A stretch of DNA of 42,151 nucleotides from positions 1-42,151 of the IMG/VR virus record IMGVR_UViG_3300043676_000010; one strand, written 5' to 3'. Under the pieces are notes generated by a model. It was given only the letters and a program-made list of their open reading frames with translations. It was not told the origin of the DNA and did not search any database. Both the position numbers and the translations under genes were made by a program. Source of the DNA: a virus (Duplodnaviria; Caudoviricetes). This document shows positions 37,253-42,151 of this stretch, one piece after another (position 1 is the stretch's first letter; every line of letters begins with the position of its first letter).

Positions 37253-37671
37253 CAGTAGAACAACTTGAAGCGTTCAGTAATACAAAACCAGAGCTTCGTT
37301 ATATAACTGAGGAGATAATTAAATATTTGGGAGCAAATCCCGGAGGTGGTTCTCCCGGAGGTTCATCGTATTTGGTTTATACGGCTTTGTTAATAGATAC
37401 AGTTGCTTTTCAACCTCCCGGAACGGTTACTGTTTTAGAAAATACTCTTATCGGAACTCCCGTTTGGTCATTTGATACAGACCATTGGGTTGTTACATTG
37501 GCAGGAGGATTTTCCGGTAATGTAGCGGGATTTGCAAGTGGTGGGGCATGGGTTTCTATTAATAAAATTAATAATGATTCAGTAAGGGTTGATGTTTTTT
37601 CTGAGACTTTTCAAAGAGATGTTTCTTATTGGGTAACAGGAAACCCGATAGAAATAAGAGTTTATCCATAA
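37249..37671 (+). CDS. Small virion-associated protein
   Basis: PGGGSPGGSSY linker then beta domain; ATGA overlap with tape measure. Confidence 0.5.
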   Translation: MTVEQLEAFSNTKPELRYITEEIIKYLGANPGGGSPGGSSYLVYTALLIDTVAFQPPGTVTVLENTLIGTPVWSFDTDHWVVTLAGGFSGNVAGFASGGAWVSINKINNDSVRVDVFSETFQRDVSYWVTGNPIEIRVYP

Positions 37672-37672
37672 A

Positions 37673-39781
37673 ATGAACGGACGATTCAAAATACTATTAA
37701 GACGCAGACAAAACAACGAAGAGGGTGTTGATGTCACTGTACAATGCAATCCATTAACCGGAGCTGCTGAGTATATTCCAGGAATAGTTGATAATACTAC
37801 ATCATTCAGCAATGTAGTTCCCGTTGACGGTTGGTATAACTTCACTCCATTCATTGAAGATGCAGAGAAACTTAACCTGACGTGGGATAAAGTTAATCAA
37901 GGTAATACTGCATCGGCGCAAACTAATCAGGACGGATCTAACTACGATAAAGGAATTTCATCTGATTTATTCTTCTTCGATACGGCTTACCATTTCATTC
38001 ACGACTGGTTATTAGAAAACGAGTGCCAGATATTAAATGCTATTGAAGTAAAAATAATTGACCTAATTGCTGGGGGTACTTACCGACTATTTGAAATTAA
38101 GAATGATAATATTGAATATGCTCCGATAGATGAGCCTTGCCAGTTTCGTATAAAGCTAAGAGAACAAGACGGGACTTGGCACTGCATCCATAAAACTTTT
38201 ATTTGGGATAACTGGCAGAATTGGTTTAAAGACGATTCGTTCAAAACTCACCCATGCTTTTTGACTTGTATAGAGCCACGACCTCGTTTAGTGCAATCAG
38301 CAAGAATGGGGTTATTGTTATTCGTACACTCAAACCCGGTAGCTGAAACGATTGACTTCTTAACAGGGTTTTCAATTAGAGAACACGCCCGTAGAATATT
38401 AAACGCAGATAGATTTGTTGACGCTCCGTTGATTCGTAGCTATATTGAAAATGTAGCTGGTAAGTGTGGGATGTCAATGGACACTATTTTTGATGTTGGT
38501 CAGGCATGGGAAAAACTTTGTTTGTATTATCCGCAAGCTGGGTTTATGCACGAATCAGAAGATGATGCGATTGCTTCGCCTTCGCTAGCATATCACTTTG
38601 ATAATCGTTGGTTAGTTACTATTCCTGAACTATTAGATAAACTTAAACCTGTCTTTGCTGCTGAGTGGTATGTTACACCAAATAACACAATAGTATTTAA
38701 GCATACTAAAGACTTGATTGTTTTAGATCCGATATATGATTTTACTTTAGATTCATCAACTCCGATTTATAATTTACGGTATACTTTCAACGGTACTAAG
38801 AAAGCTGCTTATGGTCGTTACCAATATACTGATGACGGTTCGGATTTAGCTTCGCAAGAAATGTCAACGTTATATTCTGATATTATAGACTACGACGGAA
38901 TAGCTAACAACCCAATGCTTGAGGGTGAGAAAACTAAAAACATTGAGTTTGCGCCTACTGGATTTGTAAGAGACGGAAGGGCTAAGGACTACATGGATCT
39001 ATTGATTGATGACGGGACATTAGTCGCAAAGATTTTAATTGCTGCTATTGCCGTAGTTGCAGCAGCCTTACTGATTGGAGTTATAACAGCACCGGCAGCA
39101 GTAGCGTTGACAGCTTTCGTAGTTGCTTGGAATGTTGCACTAAACGCAGAGAATAACGAGCTGCAAGAAAGTTTCCGCAATAATCCAATCTATGACGGTG
39201 CAGTAAGATTAACTTCTGAACAAACATTAACGCCTCGTTTAATTCTTTGGGATGGGGAAAGTGAAGCAAGAGCAAAGACAGTTGTACAAGATATACCAGC
39301 CCCTAACGCTTACTACAATCCTGATTTAACACCTTACAACGAGAAGAATAAAATAGATCAGGATAATCCGAACTTAAACGTTTATAACTACCCATTATAT
39401 TTTGATGGAGATTTTACAGGTAATTTATATGACCGTTACCATGAAGTAATTGATAACCCTTTGAAGAGTTTAGAAACTCACCAGGACGCTAAATGGTCAG
39501 TTGATCTTTGTGAAGATATGTTGAACTTATTTGGAGTATTTCAAAATCAATATGCTCAGATAGGTAAGATAGTTAAACTGGAACGTAGAAATAATTATAA
39601 CATATTCGTAAGGATAGGAAACATTGCAGTTGATTATGATAATAACACTATCAACTTGAGAGGTACAGTAATAAGAAGGCGCAGAACGTCGGATGAAGAT
39701 TTACTTTGTACTACTTTTGAGATAAATACTGAGTGCTTGGTTATTAACGGGCATAATATAAAAATAAACGAAGCGGCATGA
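37673..39781 (+). CDS. Tail tip/hub-like protein
   Basis: 702 aa after tape measure; internal long hydrophobic segment (LVAKILIAAIAVVAAALLIGVIT...). Confidence 0.6.
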   Translation: MNGRFKILLRRRQNNEEGVDVTVQCNPLTGAAEYIPGIVDNTTSFSNVVPVDGWYNFTPFIEDAEKLNLTWDKVNQGNTASAQTNQDGSNYDKGISSDLFFFDTAYHFIHDWLLENECQILNAIEVKIIDLIAGGTYRLFEIKNDNIEYAPIDEPCQFRIKLREQDGTWHCIHKTFIWDNWQNWFKDDSFKTHPCFLTCIEPRPRLVQSARMGLLLFVHSNPVAETIDFLTGFSIREHARRILNADRFVDAPLIRSYIENVAGKCGMSMDTIFDVGQAWEKLCLYYPQAGFMHESEDDAIASPSLAYHFDNRWLVTIPELLDKLKPVFAAEWYVTPNNTIVFKHTKDLIVLDPIYDFTLDSSTPIYNLRYTFNGTKKAAYGRYQYTDDGSDLASQEMSTLYSDIIDYDGIANNPMLEGEKTKNIEFAPTGFVRDGRAKDYMDLLIDDGTLVAKILIAAIAVVAAALLIGVITAPAAVALTAFVVAWNVALNAENNELQESFRNNPIYDGAVRLTSEQTLTPRLILWDGESEARAKTVVQDIPAPNAYYNPDLTPYNEKNKIDQDNPNLNVYNYPLYFDGDFTGNLYDRYHEVIDNPLKSLETHQDAKWSVDLCEDMLNLFGVFQNQYAQIGKIVKLERRNNYNIFVRIGNIAVDYDNNTINLRGTVIRRRRTSDEDLLCTTFEINTECLVINGHNIKINEAA

Positions 39782-41310
39782 AAATGAATCCGGGTTCTGG
39801 TACGATTTCAAATTACAGCAGTTATGTAAATAATTGCATTCGGAATCAGTATCCGTATAAGATACCAGTTAATAACTTACAAGATGTTCAACTTTACATT
39901 GATATTGGTGGTATTAAACCTTCAGCAGTACAATACGAGTTAATTCATACTTGCGGGGAATTAGGCGGTACTATTGAAACTGTAACGCCTTCAGATTATG
40001 TAGTTGGGCAAGATCCAGATAATTATTGGTATGGAGTTTTTAAGAACTTCTCAGGAGCTACGCCAACTTGTTTTGTTATTGCAATTACTTTAACAATTAA
40101 TGCTGTTGATGTAATTTACTTCTCAGACGAATATTGCATTGAACCTTGCAGAACATTAACACTTGTTAAATCATGCTACGGTAATCTTGATCCTGAAATA
40201 TCAACTGATTGCCAAGATATTTATTTCGGAGTTCATGCTGGTGAAGATACTGCAATGGGTGACGTAACAGTTTTCTACGAGCATAAAGTATTGCTCAGAG
40301 ACGTTGAAGTGTCAAGATCAGCAATTAAAAACACTTTTAAACAAGCCAGAACAAGAACGTTCAGAGTTGAGAAGGAAAAAATATATCAGTTCTACGGTGA
40401 GTTCATTCCTGAATGGTATCTGGATGAAATAGATGCAGTGTTTTCCAGGGGTGAAGTATTTATTGATACTGATAGCTATTTACTGAACGAAACACAGTTT
40501 GAGAAGATTGAAGATTGTAAAAGAATCTGGAAACCTTCAGCAACATTTAAAGCTAGTTGTTTCCAATCGTTCAGCTGTGAAGTTGATCCGTGTGCAGCTC
40601 CAGTTGCTGAATGTTGCGACCCGACTGGAATAAGTGCGACTGTTGAATTTGAAGATAGCGGGGCTTTCTGTTGCGACCCTGAAATTATTAACGCTCAAGT
40701 AGAATTTGAAAGTGGCACTGGTGAGTTAGGGTTAAGACTTTTATTTGATGATATAGCGAATGCAGATTCTTTAGTTGGAGATTCATCAGATGTTGGTGAT
40801 TGGAATACTTTTTTTGATACGGGCATAAATGCAGACACTCCTTTTAGTAGTGTAGAAATTATAAGCAATGAAGTTACTTTATTTGGTGTTACAAATCTGA
40901 CAATAAGTACAGCTTTATTTGCTGGCAACACAAGCATATTAGAAGTAAATGACGATGGCGGTCATGTTATAATTATAGATGGTGGTGCTTTTCAGAATTG
41001 TACTTCGTTGGTAACTGTAATATTTCCAAGTGTAACTAATATTGTATCAAACTCTTTTTCTGGTGCTGGACTTGAAAGTGCAAGTTTTCCTTTATCTCTT
41101 ACGGTAGGAGGGAACTCTTTTGAGGTTTGCCCATTAGAGGTTCTTGATTTAAGTTCATGTACTAATTTGGGTGGTACAACTGGAGATAACGGCGTGTTTA
41201 ATAGTATTACCGGCCAAACAATAACGCTTACCATACCAACAGCAACGGCAACAGATGGCGATGTAGTAACTCTTCAATCTAATAACACAGTAACTTTAAT
41301 ACTTGTATAA
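39778..41310 (+). CDS. Tail protein with C-terminal BspA-type leucine-rich repeats
   Basis: IDGGAFQNCTSLVTVIFP repeats; duplicated CCDP...VEFE(D)SG linker. Confidence 0.6.
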   Translation: MKMNPGSGTISNYSSYVNNCIRNQYPYKIPVNNLQDVQLYIDIGGIKPSAVQYELIHTCGELGGTIETVTPSDYVVGQDPDNYWYGVFKNFSGATPTCFVIAITLTINAVDVIYFSDEYCIEPCRTLTLVKSCYGNLDPEISTDCQDIYFGVHAGEDTAMGDVTVFYEHKVLLRDVEVSRSAIKNTFKQARTRTFRVEKEKIYQFYGEFIPEWYLDEIDAVFSRGEVFIDTDSYLLNETQFEKIEDCKRIWKPSATFKASCFQSFSCEVDPCAAPVAECCDPTGISATVEFEDSGAFCCDPEIINAQVEFESGTGELGLRLLFDDIANADSLVGDSSDVGDWNTFFDTGINADTPFSSVEIISNEVTLFGVTNLTISTALFAGNTSILEVNDDGGHVIIIDGGAFQNCTSLVTVIFPSVTNIVSNSFSGAGLESASFPLSLTVGGNSFEVCPLEVLDLSSCTNLGGTTGDNGVFNSITGQTITLTIPTATATDGDVVTLQSNNTVTLILV

Positions 41311-42002
41311 TGAATACAATAACTATAAATTTTATCCTCTGTACTCCGGCTCCGGCTAATGGTTATAAACTAACTTGGCGGGTTGCTGGCAGTGCAGACC
41401 CTTATACTGATGCGGGATTCTATACTGAAAGTCCTGCAATGTTTACTGATGAAATAAATCCTGAAGGGACTTGCTATGAAGGTTTCTTACAATCTGATTG
41501 CTCAGAGAGCGGTGAAAGTGGTTCAGTAGTGGGTAACGCAATTCCGTGGGCAACTGATTGCGTACAAGAAAGCGGGACAACTGATTATACTATAAACTTA
41601 GCCTCGCCTTGTGTACCGGGCAATCCATACGGAACTTATATTGTAGAAAACGGGACACCTGGTGATGTTATAGTTGTTCGTGCAAGTTTCGGAGGGCTTA
41701 TGCAAATGATCGGAGGTTTATTCGTTCGTGCCGATCTTTCTATAAGTTCGCCAGATGGAACAAGTGATTCGGCTAGCTCGGCCTGCTATGTAGATGCTGG
41801 GCTGCATGGATTTTCCATTACGGCAGATACGACAATAACAATGGTAGGTACAACGGCTTTGATTTCATCAGCAGCAGTAGTGCATAATTCTAATGACTCA
41901 TCCTGTAATTTAGCATTAACTATAATTGAAATAAATGGTGATCCTGTTAGCATATCAGTTATAGGGTGTAAGGGTAATAGCTCAACAGGTGGAACTTGTT
42001 AA
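41310..42002 (+). CDS. Cys-rich putative virion protein
   Basis: FN3-like N-terminus (PANGYKLTWR), ESGESG linker. Confidence 0.5.
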   Translation: MNTITINFILCTPAPANGYKLTWRVAGSADPYTDAGFYTESPAMFTDEINPEGTCYEGFLQSDCSESGESGSVVGNAIPWATDCVQESGTTDYTINLASPCVPGNPYGTYIVENGTPGDVIVVRASFGGLMQMIGGLFVRADLSISSPDGTSDSASSACYVDAGLHGFSITADTTITMVGTTALISSAAVVHNSNDSSCNLALTIIEINGDPVSISVIGCKGNSSTGGTC

Positions 42003-42132
42003 ATAAAAAATGTATAACTTTATCTTACTACTTATACATATCTCGCCTCGAAGTAGGCTCACAACTTCAAAAATCGCCGTAGCGGTATGGCTTAAATACA
42101 GCAAATTATTTAATTCAAAAATTCTTTAAATT

Positions 42133-42151
42133 ATGCCAGTATTAACAGCAG
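42133..42151 (+). CDS. Start of an ORF truncated by the window end
   Basis: ATG CCA GTA TTA ACA GCA after an A/T-rich leader. Confidence 0.4.

Noticed and set aside
19883-41234. Minus-strand ORFs within the rightward genes, and plus-strand 22002
   Set aside because: Shadow ORFs without motifs; 20836-21144 is antisense to the RHH-like gene at 20948
1-42151. Stop-codon recoding, diversity-generating retroelement, integrase or att site
   Set aside because: Genes are full length in the standard code and the tRNA is not a suppressor; no reverse transcriptase, long near-duplicate repeat or recombinase seen in the window

Overview
This window is most of the genome of a tailed dsDNA bacteriophage, probably long-tailed, and probably infecting a Bacteroidota host. 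Host clues are TAnnTTTG-like promoter boxes, A-rich initiation regions without Shine-Dalgarno sequences, signal peptides cleaved before Gln, and D-[S/T]-hydrophobic sequons. Order: major capsid protein; fibre-like proteins that unexpectedly carry Sec signal peptides; an expanded lysis/envelope cassette (holins, spanins, a lipoprotein metzincin protease, a DUF3380 muramidase); a leftward block of small mosaic genes with a NUMOD4-HNH nuclease and a tRNA-Ile(GAT) split by an 88-nt D-loop insert; a divergent control region; recombination, replication and DNA-modification genes followed by an iteron-like origin; TerS; five glycosyl/phosphotransferase genes; TerL; a tail chaperone with a -1 frameshift; tape measure; tail proteins. 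No portal, tail tube or integrase is recognisable in the window. The strongest novelty candidates are (1) the exported fibre module, (2) the D-loop-interrupted tRNA and (3) three sequence-unrelated leaders that share one RNA architecture and one TAnnTTAG box. All family assignments are by motif recognition from memory; no searches were run.
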